64,000 nt of DNA from Balanoglossus misakiensis (Eukaryota > Animalia > Hemichordata), in contig CM082580.2 in NCBI GenBank assembly GCA_040954595.2, forward strand, positions 1,850,783 through 1,914,782, given 5' to 3'. The notes below the pieces were generated by a model. It searched no databases. It was not told the DNA's origin and was given only the letters and a program-made list of their open reading frames with translations. The position numbers and the translations under genes were made by a program. Below, piece after piece: positions 1 through 14,265 of the stretch. The stretch's first letter is position 1. Each line of letters starts with the position of its first letter.

Positions 1-1485
1 TGTGGCTTGCCACCACCATAATTTTGAAAGGGCGACTTCACTGTTTGATGGGAAAAGGTAGCATTTACAAACAAGCTATGGAGCATGTATACAGCAAGTT
101 GTGCTTACCGGAAAGCGGTCTTGGAAAAGGCCTAGGTATTCTCTTCCTCCTCCGGCATACGTTGAAATGCTGTGTTTAAGACTGTGAATCAAATATATGC
201 AAATATTAATTAGTAACCAATCAACTTTGTTTTAGAATTATGTGGGCCATACTAATTAGTGAAAATATGCAAAACATGGTATAATGTACGGTCAGACTGT
301 GCTGCGATAATGTACAACAGTGGAATACGTCGATCTTAAAACTCCATTTACATCAGTACTGCAGTAAAGTGGTCCACATGGGTATATACCCCAAACATTG
401 CAATTAGGTGACAACTGAAACTGACATGATATCAGATTCTGTAAATGACAGAAGGTGTACACGCACTTTGACATCTATGTAACACTGTACAATGATTTCT
501 TTGTTTGTTGTGAAAATGAAACTTGCATTTGATCCATCTCACTTTTCATACAACTGATTAGCATAAGAATGTACATTGTTGGCAATTATAAAACATTTAT
601 TTAAGTATAGAAAAGTAAGCCTTAAAATTTAAACTTTAAATATCAGTATACTAAAATGTTTCAAACGTGGCTGTCAGTATATCTCATGGCGTGGTGGCGG
701 AAGTAGATGTTGTTACCAGGGAAGACATATTGAACACAGACAAGCCCAATAGTCGCTTGGTGATTTTTTATCTTTATAAAGATTCTCAAAACTTTTTGTG
801 CATTTAGTAGCTTTGAGCAAGTTTCTGGTACTGATCAGATTTCCGAATTCAGGACTGCGCTTCTCTGGCTTTGGTCACCATCAGCCAATGTGATCCTACG
901 CACACATTTTTGAAGAAAAAAAATCCAGCCTGTTTGTGTCATGATTTATATTTTCTTTGCGGCCTAAGGTATTGTTTTATTTCACTCTAAACAACATTAC
1001 TTTCCTTCATGTGTCTATACATAATAATAGATCTCTTAGCCAGTTTGATTAAGCATGGTGTTGGACTAGCACACTTTCAGCCAAAGTTACGGTATCTCCC
1101 TGTGTATTGATATGGGAGTAATTTCTAGCTATATGGTAGGAAACGCATCCAAATTTAATTTATGCATCACATGAAGATTTGAACTTGACCATTTAATTCA
1201 TGTCATCACGATCATATCACAGGCAATCGAGGCCAGAATTCGAAGGGAAAAAAAAGTATTGATAACTGGAATGTGTAAATTAGTTCGTAGACATACAAAT
1301 TGCTTCCTATTGCTTCGGTTGCAAAGCCCGATAAAAGCAAATATATAGCAAGTCATGCTTACCATTGAGCGGTCTTAAACTCGCCCCAGACGAGGAAGAG
1401 AATCCTGAGTTGAAATGCAGGCAATCTCAGGCAGCATCTGAGAATCAAATAGACCTAGAAGTTAGTAACCAGTCATAGTAGCTCT
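1..1485. repeat. Older, diverged partial copy of the tandem-duplicated unit (matches about 4355-6360 and 9097-9964)
   Basis: It begins TGTGGCTTGCCACCACCATAATTTTGAAAGGGCG, as at 4355 and 9097, and ends CCAGTCATAGTAGCTCT. It has many substitutions, an extra segment of about 0.6 kb (approx. 298-915) and an empty TTAA site at 1049-1052. Confidence 0.9.
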
Positions 1486-1618
1486 AAGTTGGATGTAAAA
1501 GTCTAAGTTGGGTGTACCAACTCACCTTGTTAACAGTAACTTTCAAAGAAACTGGGCAATTGGTTCAAGAGAAGATTTGCTATCCAAAAACAAAGAATTT
1601 ACAACAAAACTACCTAAA

Positions 1619-4600
1619 TATTAAAAACCAGACTTTAATAAAAGTCGCACATACAGGTACATGTGTTATGAAATTGTAAACCAACTTCTAAAGCAATCAG
1701 AAAAAAAATTTGGGTTACCCCTAGGAATTTTCCTACCATATTTCAAAGCCATCAAAAAAGCAGTTTCAAAGAAAAACACATTTGTTCAAAAGTGGCAAAA
1801 ACACAAATATGCAAAAATCACTATAATTGTACACCATCTTACTTCAATGACTACAAGGAACATTCCTGCCAAAGTTCAAAGCAACCAGACAACGGTTTGA
1901 ACGTTTTCAGAGAAAACAGTTTTTGACAAAGATTGCATAAAATATCTCCAAATAAGACAAAGATGAAGTTTTAACCATTTTTAAGACATCTCACTTGGGT
2001 TACCCCTGGGAATCTGCCTACCAAATTGCAAAGCATTCTGACCAAAATTGGCATAATTGCTCAAAATTATAAATATGCCCATTTTACAACAATCTGAAAA
2101 AAAATATGGTAACTCGGACCACCTATAGGAAGCTTCATACTAAATTTCGAAGGAGTCGGACTATCGCTTTCAGAAGTGAAGATTTTTTTACCAATAATTT
2201 GGAAAAAGACAAAAAATTAATAAACATTAGAAAATTCATAATATTAGCTCAAAGCATACAGGACTGTATGGGGTTTATTGACATACAAGTTTTCAGATCA
2301 ATCTGACCAGTGGTTGCTGAGTTTCTGACTTTTGACCAATTTCACATTTTCACAGGTAATACTTTTGGCAATGGCAACCTCATTTGAACAAAATCCCATC
2401 TACAGCCCCGCCTTCATCTACACACTAAAAATGGAAGTGATATGCACAGCAGTTTTCATCCGTTCATCCATACATACAGATGCAAGTCATTCCATAGGGT
2501 CCCAATCGTATATATATATATACACAAACCAAATGCCATGGGACCTAAAAATTGCTACACAATTAAAATACACAAATTTTGCAACACTTTAATCAAAACT
2601 ATGGTAACTCAGATCACCTGCGAAGCTTCATACTAAATTTCAAACAAGTCAGCTGATCAATTCCAGAAAAGTAGATTTTTTACCGATAATGTGGAGACAA
2701 AAAATGTAAAACATTGGAAATTCACATAAGCTGACAACATAAAGGGCTGTGTGAGGTTACTATAAGGTACATGCATATCAATTTTCAATTTTTAAAGCAA
2801 TTTACCCAGTAGTTTTTGAGTTCCTCAGTTTTGACAAATTTGACACTTTCCCAGCTCACTTGCATATTTTGGCAATGACAACTTCATTTAGACAAACTCC
2901 CACCTACTGCCTTGCCTGCATCTCCACACTAAATATCAAGGTCACACGCCAGTAGTTTCCAAATGTTTGATGTTGATGGACATACAGACAAACAGCCATA
3001 CAGACATCCATACATACAGGTGCAACTGATCCTGTAAGGTCCCATGGTATAAATACATATACCAAACGGGACCTAATAATTTTAATAAAATGCCTTCATA
3101 GCTAGTGTAAAAACCACTTGTACCTTCAACGTGCTTGGACAACACATTTTTGTAACTTTCCCAGATCAATGGCTAATTTTTTTTGGGGGGGGAGGGGGCG
3201 ATGCAATTCTGATACATGTACTTCATGATTTAGAGATCTGGTGAAAATCCTGTCAACCGAATTACAGGGAAATCAGATTTTCCATGGAAAATCATTTTAC
3301 CAAAAAATTTCAAAAAGTGTAGAAAATAAATTTGAAACAGAAAGCCTACTCAAAATCATACCAAAATTTAAATTTTAATGCAGTTGGGCAAGCAATTTGA
3401 GAATGAAGAAACTTAGAAATAATTTATAAATTGAAAATAATTTACAAATGCTTCACACAAACTTACAATCACTACCATATTACTGTACAAGTTAAAAGGA
3501 CATTGTACCAGCAGAGACATTGCGATCGAGCAATCCCCAAGATATACATGACATGGTCTAATTACAAATATTGAATATGTAAAATAAGTACACAACACTT
3601 CCAGTCTTTCAGTACAGTCAGCTGCTTGTGAACAATTTGCAGGTAGGTATTTCATCAAATTTACAGACCAAGTCATGCCTATACAATTCTCCCCTGAAAT
3701 AAGTTTTAAGCTACCCTAAGTGAGTGATGAAAATCTCATACGGTCGACAATTTCAAGATGGCCGATTTTTGCCATGTTAAAGAAATGGGAGTTCATATGC
3801 TAAAGTGATGATGGGTAATTCTGGAACTTTTTAACAGAAAAAATAACAAAATGTGAAAAATAGTTTAATGGGTTTAATATGCTAACTACAGAGACAGACA
3901 TGTTTGACCAAAGGAAGTCATGAAATACAGTAAACATATCATTTCTTCTATCTCTTACTACAGTTGGTTATGGACTTTCCGCCTTGAATGCAATGAGATT
4001 TGACCCCCTAGCGCAAAGTGAAAACCTATTTAAAGCAGCCAGAATTTTCTGCATAGTATGACGGAAACATTTGTAAAGTCATGGGTAGCATGGGTTGGCA
4101 GGTTTATGGGACCCTGCTCATGTTCCCTCGAATAAAACATGATACATGTTTGGTGACTTATTATTCTGTATTTGTTGATTTTGTCATATTTTCAGATAAA
4201 TCCCTATCAATCAGTCATATTTGTTGGCCTTGCTATACAGCGAAATATAAATCTTGTTGACTGAAATTGTTGAGGATAGTGTTACATAAAGGTTACCCAT
4301 TGGAAAATATTAAAATGATTATTAGTGGTGTCCAACTCTTCATGATAACCAGTTGTGGCTTGCCACCACCATAATTTTGAAAGGGCGACTTCACTGTTTG
4401 ATGGGAAAAGGTAGCCTTTACAAACAAGTTATGGAGCATGTATACAGCAAGTTGTGCTTACCGGAAAGCGGTCTTGGATCAGGCCTAGGTATTCTCTCCC
4501 TCCTCCGGCATACGTTGAAATGCTGTGTTTAAGACTGTGAATCAAATATATGCATATTAATAAGTAACCAATCAACCTTGCTTTGGAATTATGTGGGCAA

Positions 4601-7600
4601 TACTAAATAGTGAAAATATGCAAAACATGGTATAATATAGGGTCAGAAAAAATATCCAGCCTGTTTGTGTCATGATTTACATTTTTCTTTCTGACCTAAA
4701 TTATTGTTTTTGTCACTTTAAACAACATTACTGTCCTTCATAAGTCTAATATGATAATAGACTTCTTAGCCAGTTTGATTAAAGTGGAACGACACCCTCA
4801 ATTTTGGGCTTCAAAGTACAAACCGGGTGTCAAAAACGGCAACGTTCCGATGGGTTAATTCACTTTCACTTCCTGCGCAAGCAGAAGACGCGCGTTGAAA
4901 ATACTACAGTGACGTCAGCAACTTACACGTTCGACGTGTCATTTCCAATAAACAGACACATTTTGCGCGGATCTGACATGGCGAAATGTCAAGTTCATGA
5001 TTTTAAAAACATATTCGGAAAATCGACGGGGATAAGTTTCTTTCAAAGGCAATGCTCTTCGTGTATTGTATTTGTCGATGCGTGCAGACATAGACCCTGC
5101 AATGTCCATGATGCCATGCATGTCGACGTTTATGAACAAACCGTAAGGCCTATACAAAGTTGTTCTAACTGCCGCTGATAATAATAAACGTACCGTTTTA
5201 AATCCTTCCCGCACGTTTTTTGGTACACGTATTTGGGTTTAATTTCCATTTATTGACGATCGCATAGTTATCAAATGAAAGCAACTAAAAAGGGCAGTTT
5301 TAATACATTTCAAGAGACGAAACATGCATACAATAACTATAGTATTGGCTTCCATTATACTACGGACGTACTACACCTGGAGAGCAGGACGATGCACCTG
5401 CGTTCTTTTCAACTCCATAAAAGGTGACTAAGTATTTTTGTAAGAAAAGTGGTTCGAAAAGGTGACAACGAGGGAGAGACAACGAGGGAGGGTATTGTTT
5501 AATATTGCAGCATTGTCTGTTTCACCATAGACTCTAGGGTCTATGGTTTCACTGAAACCACACCAAGTGTAAGCCTTGACAAACGGGACACATCGGAGAT
5601 CAGAACTGCATGAACTTTTGTCCTCTGTAAAATTCAGTCGCTTGGTCGTAGAAGGGAATCTCTGGTTCAAAATTGTAGCCTACTACCCGAGAATATGTTG
5701 CCATGCTAACGTCGTCGGTCGCGTGAGTGCAGGCGTGTATAAGCATAAGCTCACTCCAACGAGTTGCTGACGTCACTCACTTCCGGGTTCGCGCAGTTTT
5801 TGGCTGGCTGTAGCTCTGTTATGCGTAAGTGAAAGTGAATGAAACCAACGTTTTTCATAGTACTTTTTAATCGCATTTCGCAGAATTGGCTCAAAAACGG
5901 ATCACAACGTTCCACTTTAAGCATGGTGTTGGACTAGCGCATGTTCAGCCAAAGCTACAGTATCTCCCTGTGTATTGGTATGGGAGTAATTTTAGCTATA
6001 TGTTTAAAGAAATGCATCCAAATTTATTCTATGCTCCATGTGAAGATTTGAAATTGTGAGTTGTCCATTTAATTCATGTCATCACTACCATATCACAGGC
6101 AATCAAGGCCAGAATTCGAAGGGGAAAAAACAAGTATTGAAAGCTGGAATGTGTAAATTAGTTCGTAGACATACATTGCTTCCTATTGTACCGTTTGCAA
6201 CGCGTGATAAAAGCAAATATATAGCACGTCATGCTTACCATTGAGCGGTCTTAAACTCGCCTCGGACGAGGAAGAGAATCCCGAGTTGAAACGCAGACAT
6301 TTTCAGGCAGCATCTGTGAATCAAATAGACATAGAAGTTAGTAACCAGTCATAGTAGCTCTATTAAAAACCAGACTTTAATAAAAGTCGCACATACAGGT
6401 ACATGTGTTATGAAATTGTAAACCAACTTCTAAAGCAATCAGAAAAAAAATTTGGGTTACCCCTAGGAATTTTCCTACCATATTTCAAAGCCATCAAAAA
6501 AGCAGTTTCAAAGAAAAACACATTTGTTCAAAAGTGGCAAAAACACAAATATGCAAAAATCACTATAATTGTACACCATCTTACTTCAATGACTACAAGG
6601 AACATTCCTGCCAAAGTTCAAAGCAACCAGACAACGGTTTGAACGTTTTCAGAGAAAACAGTTTTTGACAAAGATTGCATAAAATATCTCCAAATAAGAC
6701 AAAGATGAAGTTTTAACCATTTTTAAGACATCTCACTTGGGTTACCCCTGGGAATCTGCCTACCAAATTGCAAAGCATTCTGACCAAAATTGGCATAATT
6801 GCTCAAAATTATAAATATGCCCATTTTACAACAATCTGAAAAAAAATATGGTAACTCGGACCACCTATAGGAAGCTTCATACTAAATTTCGAAGGAGTCG
6901 GACTATCGCTTTCAGAAGTGAAGATTTTTTTACCAATAATTTGGAAAAAGACAAAAAATTAATAAACATTAGAAAATTCATAATATTAGCTCAAAGCATA
7001 CAGGACTGTATGGGGTTTATTGACATACAAGTTTTCAGATCAATCTGACCAGTGGTTGCTGAGTTTCTGACTTTTGACCAATTTCACATTTTCACAGGTA
7101 ATACTTTTGGCAATGGCAACCTCATTTGAACAAAATCCCATCTACAGCCCCGCCTTCATCTACACACTAAAAATGGAAGTGATATGCACAGCAGTTTTCA
7201 TCCGTTCATCCATACATACAGATGCAAGTCATTCCATAGGGTCCCAATCGTATATATATATATACACAAACCAAATGCCATGGGACCTAAAAATTGCTAC
7301 ACAATTAAAATACACAAATTTTGCAACACTTTAATCAAAACTATGGTAACTCAGATCACCTGCGAAGCTTCATACTAAATTTCAAACAAGTCAGCTGATC
7401 AATTCCAGAAAAGTAGATTTTTTACCGATAATGTGGAGACAAAAAATGTAAAACATTGGAAATTCACATAAGCTGACAACATAAAGGGCTGTGTGAGGTT
7501 ACTATAAGGTACATGCATATCAATTTTCAATTTTTAAAGCAATTTACCCAGTAGTTTTTGAGTTCCTCAGTTTTGACAAATTTGACACTTTCCCAGCTCA

Positions 7601-9964
7601 CTTGCATATTTTGGCAATGACAACTTCATTTAGACAAACTCCCACCTACTGCCTTGCCTGCATCTCCACACTAAATATCAAGGTCACACGCCAGTAGTTT
7701 CCAAATGTTTGATGTTGATGGACATACAGACAAACAGCCATACAGACATCCATACATACAGGTGCAACTGATCCTGTAAGGTCCCATGGTATAAATACAT
7801 ATACCAAACGGGACCTAATAATTTTAATAAAATGCCTTCATAGCTAGTGTAAAAACCACTTGTACCTTCAACGTGCTTGGACAACACATTTTTGTAACTT
7901 TCCCAGATCAATGGCTAATTTTTTTTTGGGGGGGAGGGGGCGATGCAATTCTGATACATGTACTTCATGATTTAGAGATCTGGTGAAAATCCTGTCAACC
8001 GAATTACAGGGAAATCAGATTTTCCATGGAAAATCATTTTACCAAAAAATTTCAAAAAGTGTAGAAAATAAATTTGAAACAGAAAGCCTACTCAAAATCA
8101 TACCAAAATTTAAATTTTAATGCAGTTGGGCAAGCAATTTGAGAATGAAGAAACTTAGAAATAATTTATAAATTGAAAATAATTTACAAATGCTTCACAC
8201 AAACTTACAATCACTACCATATTACTGTACAAGTTAAAAGGACATTGTACCAGCAGAGACATTGCGATCGAGCAATCCCCAAGATATACATGACATGGTC
8301 TAATTACAAATATTGAATATGTAAAATAAGTACACAACACTTCCAGTCTTTCAGTACAGTCAGCTGCTTGTGAACAATTTGCAGGTAGGTATTTCATCAA
8401 ATTTACAGACCAAGTCATGCCTATACAATTCTCCCCTGAAATAAGTTTTAAGCTACCCTAAGTGAGTGATGAAAATCTCATACGGTCGACAATTTCAAGA
8501 TGGCCGATTTTTGCCATGTTAAAGAAATGGGAGTTCATATGCTAAAGTGATGATGGGTAATTCTGGAACTTTTTAACAGAAAAAATAACAAAATGTGAAA
8601 AACAGTTTAATGGGTTTAATATGCTAACTACAGAGACAGACATGTTTGACCAAAGGAAGTCATGAAATACAGTAAACATATCATTTCTTCTATCTCTTAC
8701 TACAGTTGGTTATGGACTTTCCGCCTTGAATGCAATGAGATTTGACCCCCTAGCGCAAAGTGAAAACCTATTTAAAGCAGCCAGAATTTTCTGCATAGTA
8801 TGACGGAAACATTTGTAAAGTCATGGGTAGCATGGGTTGGCAGGTTTATGGGACCCTGCTCATGTTCCCTCGAATAAAACATGATACATGTTTGGTGACT
8901 TATTATTCTGTATTTGTTGATTTTGTCATATTTTCAGATAAATCCCTATCAATCAGTCATATTTGTTGGCCTTGCTATACAGCGAAATATAAATCTTGTT
9001 GACTGAAATTGTTGAGGATAGTGTTACATAAAGGTTACCCATTGGAAAATATTAAAATGATTATTAGTGGTGTCCAACTCTTCATGATAACCAGTTGTGG
9101 CTTGCCACCACCATAATTTTGAAAGGGCGACTTCACTGTTTGATGGGAAAAGGTAGCCTTTACAAACAAGTTATGGAGCATGTATACAGCAAGTTGTGCT
9201 TACCGGAAAGCGGTCTTGGATCAGGCCTAGGTATTCTCTCCCTCCTCCGGCATACGTTGAAATGCTGTGTTTAAGACTGTGAATCAAATATATGCATATT
9301 AATAAGTAACCAATCAACCTTGCTTTGGAATTATGTGGGCAATACTAAATAGTGAAAATATGCAAAACATGGTATAATATAGGGTCAGAAAAAATATCCA
9401 GCCTGTTTGTGTCATGATTTACATTTTTCTTTCTGACCTAAATTATTGTTTTTGTCACTTTAAACAACATTACTGTCCTTCATAAGTCTAATATGATAAT
9501 AGACTTCTTAGCCAGTTTGATTAAGCATGGTGTTGGACTAGCGCATGTTCAGCCAAAGCTACAGTATCTCCCTGTGTATTGGTATGGGAGTAATTTTAGC
9601 TATATGTTTAAAGAAATGCATCCAAATTTATTCTATGCTCCATGTGAAGATTTGAAATTGTGAGTTGTCCATTTAATTCATGTCATCACTACCATATCAC
9701 AGGCAATCAAGGCCAGAATTCGAAGGGGAAAAAACAAGTATTGAAAGCTGGAATGTGTAAATTAGTTCGTAGACATACATTGCTTCCTATTGTACCGTTT
9801 GCAACGCGTGATAAAAGCAAATATATAGCACGTCATGCTTACCATTGAGCGGTCTTAAACTCGCCTCGGACGAGGAAGAGAATCCCGAGTTGAAACGCAG
9901 ACATTTTCAGGCAGCATCTGTGAATCAAATAGACATAGAAGTTAGTAACCAGTCATAGTAGCTC
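1619..9964. repeat. Near-identical tandem duplication: copy A 1619-6360 (with a 1138-bp insertion), copy B 6361-9964 (3604 bp)
   Basis: Identical ORFs are offset by 4742 (1661/6403, 2106/6848, 3413/8155) and by 3604 downstream of the insertion (6056/9660). The junction is TAGTAGCTC|TATTAAAAACC at 6360/6361. Confidence 0.97.
4783..5916. mobile_element. Non-autonomous TTAA-specific DNA transposon, Kolobok-like
   Basis: TTAA at 4779-4782 and 5917-5920 flanks the termini AGTGGAACG...CGTTCCACT. The paralogous sites (1049-1052, 9521-9524) hold a single TTAA. TTAA TSD with RR..YY ends is the Kolobok signature. No transposase ORF is present. Confidence 0.9.
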
Positions 9965-10120
9965 TGCGTAGCAGGGCTGCGTGTTAACAGCTATGCCATA
10001 GCTGACACTGGTAGCTTATAACAGTCTCGATGGTGCCAAAAATCTCCCCAACAACAAAACTAATTCTGGTCAGTTTATTCGCTATCGCTTTGCCTTAAAA
10101 GTTATACTGTAGTGTGTTTC

Positions 10121-10541
10121 CACAGGGGGCTCTCCCTCCGCGATTTTATTGTTTGTTTGTTTGTTTGTTGTTGTTGTTGTTGTTGATGATTGGCATTATA
10201 AACAAATACATATTTCTTTATTAATAAATATGGTTTGTTGACATGTAAGTGTTAGGGAATATTCAACGGTTAGCATTAGTGTTGGCACTTTTTTCGATCC
10301 ACGGCCCCGGGCATCACTAAGCCACGAAGAGAGGGTGATGCTGGCCGTGGATCGCAAAAATGCCAACACTAATACTAACAGTTGAATATACCATAACCTG
10401 TCAAATATACCCTAATAACCTAACCCTTACATGTCAACAAACCATATTTATTGACAAAGAAATATGTATTTGTTTATAATGCCAATCAACAACAACAACA
10501 AACAAACACACAATAAAATTGCGGAGGGAGAGCCCCCTGTG
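10121..10541. mobile_element. Palindromic MITE, possibly P-element superfamily
   Basis: CACAGGGGGCTCTCCCTCCGCGATTTTATTG ... CAATAAAATTGCGGAGGGAGAGCCCCCTGTG. Almost the whole element folds back. The flanks GTGTTTC / GTGTTAC resemble a 7-bp TSD with one mismatch. Confidence 0.7.
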
Positions 10542-10987
10542 GTGTTACGGTACCACCTGCCCCACAATGACAAAGCTGACTCGAGGCCACGAACGACGTA
10601 CAATTTACTCGCACGGTGTAAAACAACGCATGAATTCCATGCGACTGTGAGTTTACTGTTCGGCGCTGTAACGCTTCCCAAAGTCAGAATTTCGATGTTG
10701 GGAAGACACTGTCGCCCTACCACTACCAGTTTTTGCAAGAAGGAGTGTACATGTACTTGTAAAATAACATTAAATGCCATGCTTACCAGAGAAACGACAT
10801 CATCAAGCATGGAGGCGACCGGGACCTCCATGCTTGATGAACGTCGAAGCTGCAATGATTTTTCAAATGCAACGGTCAGCGGGACGAGAACGAGGCAGCA
10901 CCTGCTCGTCAATTATGCAAATTAGTTACTACTCAATCAGAATCTTGCTTTCGCATTCTAATTAGTCAAAGTATGCAGTGCAACGTT

Positions 10988-13900
10988 TGTGTGCGGGTGG
11001 AGAATGCGCCTCGCCAACTGATGAATTCTCTGTCACGGCGTTCTTTGGAAGTGCGATTATGTAACCGATTATCTCATTAGGGACATAGATAATATATTTT
11101 GTCTTCTTCAATTTGTTTGTACTACGAAAACAATTGCGAAACGAATAGCAAGCGCTTACGCTATGAAACGTAAATAAATATCAGTTATGGCCATGTAGAA
11201 ACGGAACGTCAATCCGCATTTGTCAAAAAATAATAGAAAAGACAAAGAAGCTGAGGGGAATGACCTCCGTTCTGACCTATCTGGGGAAGGCCTATTGCAA
11301 TACGCAATATGTCAGATCATGCTACCATCCGCCATTCTGATTGGACGAGAGCTCAATCCATCGATACGAAAGTACTCAATAGAGCACTGCTGAAACTGGC
11401 CCTGAACTAATCGCATGCAACAGGGAAAACGCGACCTTTCAAATCAAATAAATACAAAAAATACAGCCAATGAATTTACGGCCGGCCGGTTTATTTCTTA
11501 ACTGCTCTATAGGAATTGTTGTCACTGCCATGGACCACTTCGCGGATAGCATAACACAGGGTGTTGTGGGACAGTTTGCGTTCTGAGCGCGTGCATTAGC
11601 CATGCAGTAGACGCTATGTTGAACGCAAATTATACCATCATGCATTGCAGATACCCTATCCGCGTAGTGGTCTATGCACGATGCATGTCTTGTCAGTGCG
11701 CACTCGACAAATTGGACCGTTTCTATAAAAAATATGAACTGTGACTTTTGATTTTATTGAGAAATGTCTCTCGAATTAAACCATGTAACGTAAATCAAGG
11801 AAATGTATTCTGCTAAAGTTGCTCCTGACGGGTTCGCTGAAACATTGTGTTATTGGTAAAATACGTCAAGTGTAAAATATTGAGTTACCTAATATGATAA
11901 AATATCAGATTTATGTGTTTAATCAAGATAGGCCTCTCTTCATATGTTTCATTTATTTGGTTTGAATAAAAGTTATCTGATTCAGTTTCATGAAGTATAC
12001 ACGGATTAAATGTTTATCCACTGTAGTGCCACTGAAATGGCTTTCACGTTTGAGACTTCGGGCGGTAATCTTATATTTACTTTCTTCATTTCTATTGGAG
12101 TAGACTACACCGGGGTCGACCTAAAATATCTATAAGCAATGCGCAATGGGAGTATTTCAGCCGTGATGACCGGACGATGTCGGACAAAGTCTACAACTTA
12201 ATACACGATCCCCTCCAATTTGCATATGTCCATAAATGGCTAAACTTGCGTATCCTAGTGTTCTAAAGAACAAATGGTGGCGCTCTTATTGTCGCGTGTG
12301 CCACCTCCTGAATATCTGTGATTGGCTGTATCTCAATTTGCCATGGTAACAGTAGCTAAATTTGCATAGGTTACCGTATACCTTTAAGGCACGTCAAGCG
12401 TATGTCCTTGTTGGGCTGTCTGACAGGAACGAATCGAGACCCACCGCACAGTCACGCAATAATGAAATCCACATCGCCAAAAACGATGTTTCACTATACT
12501 CGGGTACATGCAACTATCTTATGGCATTTACAGAATTGAACACCCCAGGCAATGTTACGTGTTGCTCCATGACTGTTGCTCCATGACCAACCAAACAGCA
12601 AACAACAAACTCATGTCCAAACCAATTGTGTGCGGGTGGAGAATGCGCCTCGGCAACTGATGAATTCTGTCACGGCGTTCTTTGGAAGTGCGATTATGTA
12701 ACCCCGATTATCTCATTAGGGACATAGATAATATATTTCGTCTTCTTCAATTTGTTTGTACTACGAAAACAATTGCGAAACGAATAGCAAGCGCTTACGC
12801 AATGAAACGTAAATAAATATCAGTCATGGCCATGTAGAAACGGAACGTCAATCCGCATTTGTCAAAAAATAATAGAAAAGACAAAGAAGCTGAGGGGAAT
12901 GACCTCCGTTCTGACCTATCTGGGGAAGGCCTATTGCAATACGCAATATGTCAGATCATGCTACCATCCGCCATTCTGATTGGACGAGAGCTCAATCCAT
13001 CGATACGAAAGTACTCAATAGAGCACTGCTGAAACTGGCCCTGAACTAATCGCATGCAACAGGGAAAACGCGACCTTTCAAATCAAATAAATACAAAAAA
13101 TACAGCCAATGAATTTACGGCCGGCCGGTTTATTTCTTAACTGCTCTATAGGAATTGTTGTCACTGCCATGGACCACTTCGCGGATAGCATAACACAGGG
13201 TGTTGTGGGACAGTTTGCGTTCTGAGCGCGTGCATTAGCCATGCAGTAGACGCTATGTTGAACGCAAATTATACCATCATGCATTGCAGATACCCTATCC
13301 GCGTAGTGGTCTATGCACGATGCATGTCTTGTCAGTGCGCACTCGACAAATTGGACCGTTTCTATAAAAAATATGAACTGTGACTTTTGATTTTATTGAG
13401 AAATGTCTCTCGAATTAAACCATGTAACGTAAATCAAGGAAATGTATTCTGCTAAAGTTGCTCCTGACGGGTTCGCTGAAACATTGTGTTATTGGTAAAA
13501 TACGTCAAGTGTAAAATATTGAGTTACCTAATATGATAAAATATCAGATTTATGTGTTTAATCAAGATAGGCCTCTCTTCATATGTTTCATTTATTTGGT
13601 TTGAATAAAGGTTATCTGATTCAGTTTCATGAAGTATACACGGATTAAATGTTTATCCACTGTAGTGCCACTGAAATGGCTTTCACGTTTGAGACTTCGG
13701 GCGGTAATCTTATATTTACTTTCTTCATTTCTATTGGAGTAGACTACACCGGGGTCGACCTAAAATATCTATAAGCAATGCGCAATGGGAGTATTTCAGC
13801 CGTGATGACCGGACGATGTCGGACAAAGTCTACAACTTAATACACGATCCCCTCCAATTTGCATATGTCCATAAATGGCTAAACTTGCGTATCCTAGTGT

Positions 13901-14265
13901 TCTAAAGAACAAATGGTGGCGCTCTTATTGTCGCGTGTGCCACCTCCTGAATATCTGTGATTGGCTGTATCTCAATTTGCCATGGTAACAGTAGCTAAAT
14001 TTGCATAGGTTACCGTATACCTTTAAGGCACGTCAAGCGTATGTCCTTGTTGGGCTGTCTGACAGGAACGAATCGAGACCCACCGCACAGTCACGCAATA
14101 ATGAAATCCACATCGCCAAAAACGATGTTCCACTATACTCGGGTACATGCAACTATCTCATGGCATTTACAGAATTGAACACCCCAGGCAATGTTACGTG
14201 TTGCTCCATGACTGTTGCTCCATGACCAACCAAACAGCAAACAACAAACTCATGTCCAAACCAAT
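10988..14265. repeat. Near-identical tandem duplication with a 1639-bp unit (10988-12626 / 12627-14265)
   Basis: ORF pairs 11439/13078 and 12362/14001 are offset by 1639. The junction reads CCAAACCAAT|TGTGTGCGGGTGG. Only a few substitutions and small indels differ. Confidence 0.96.
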
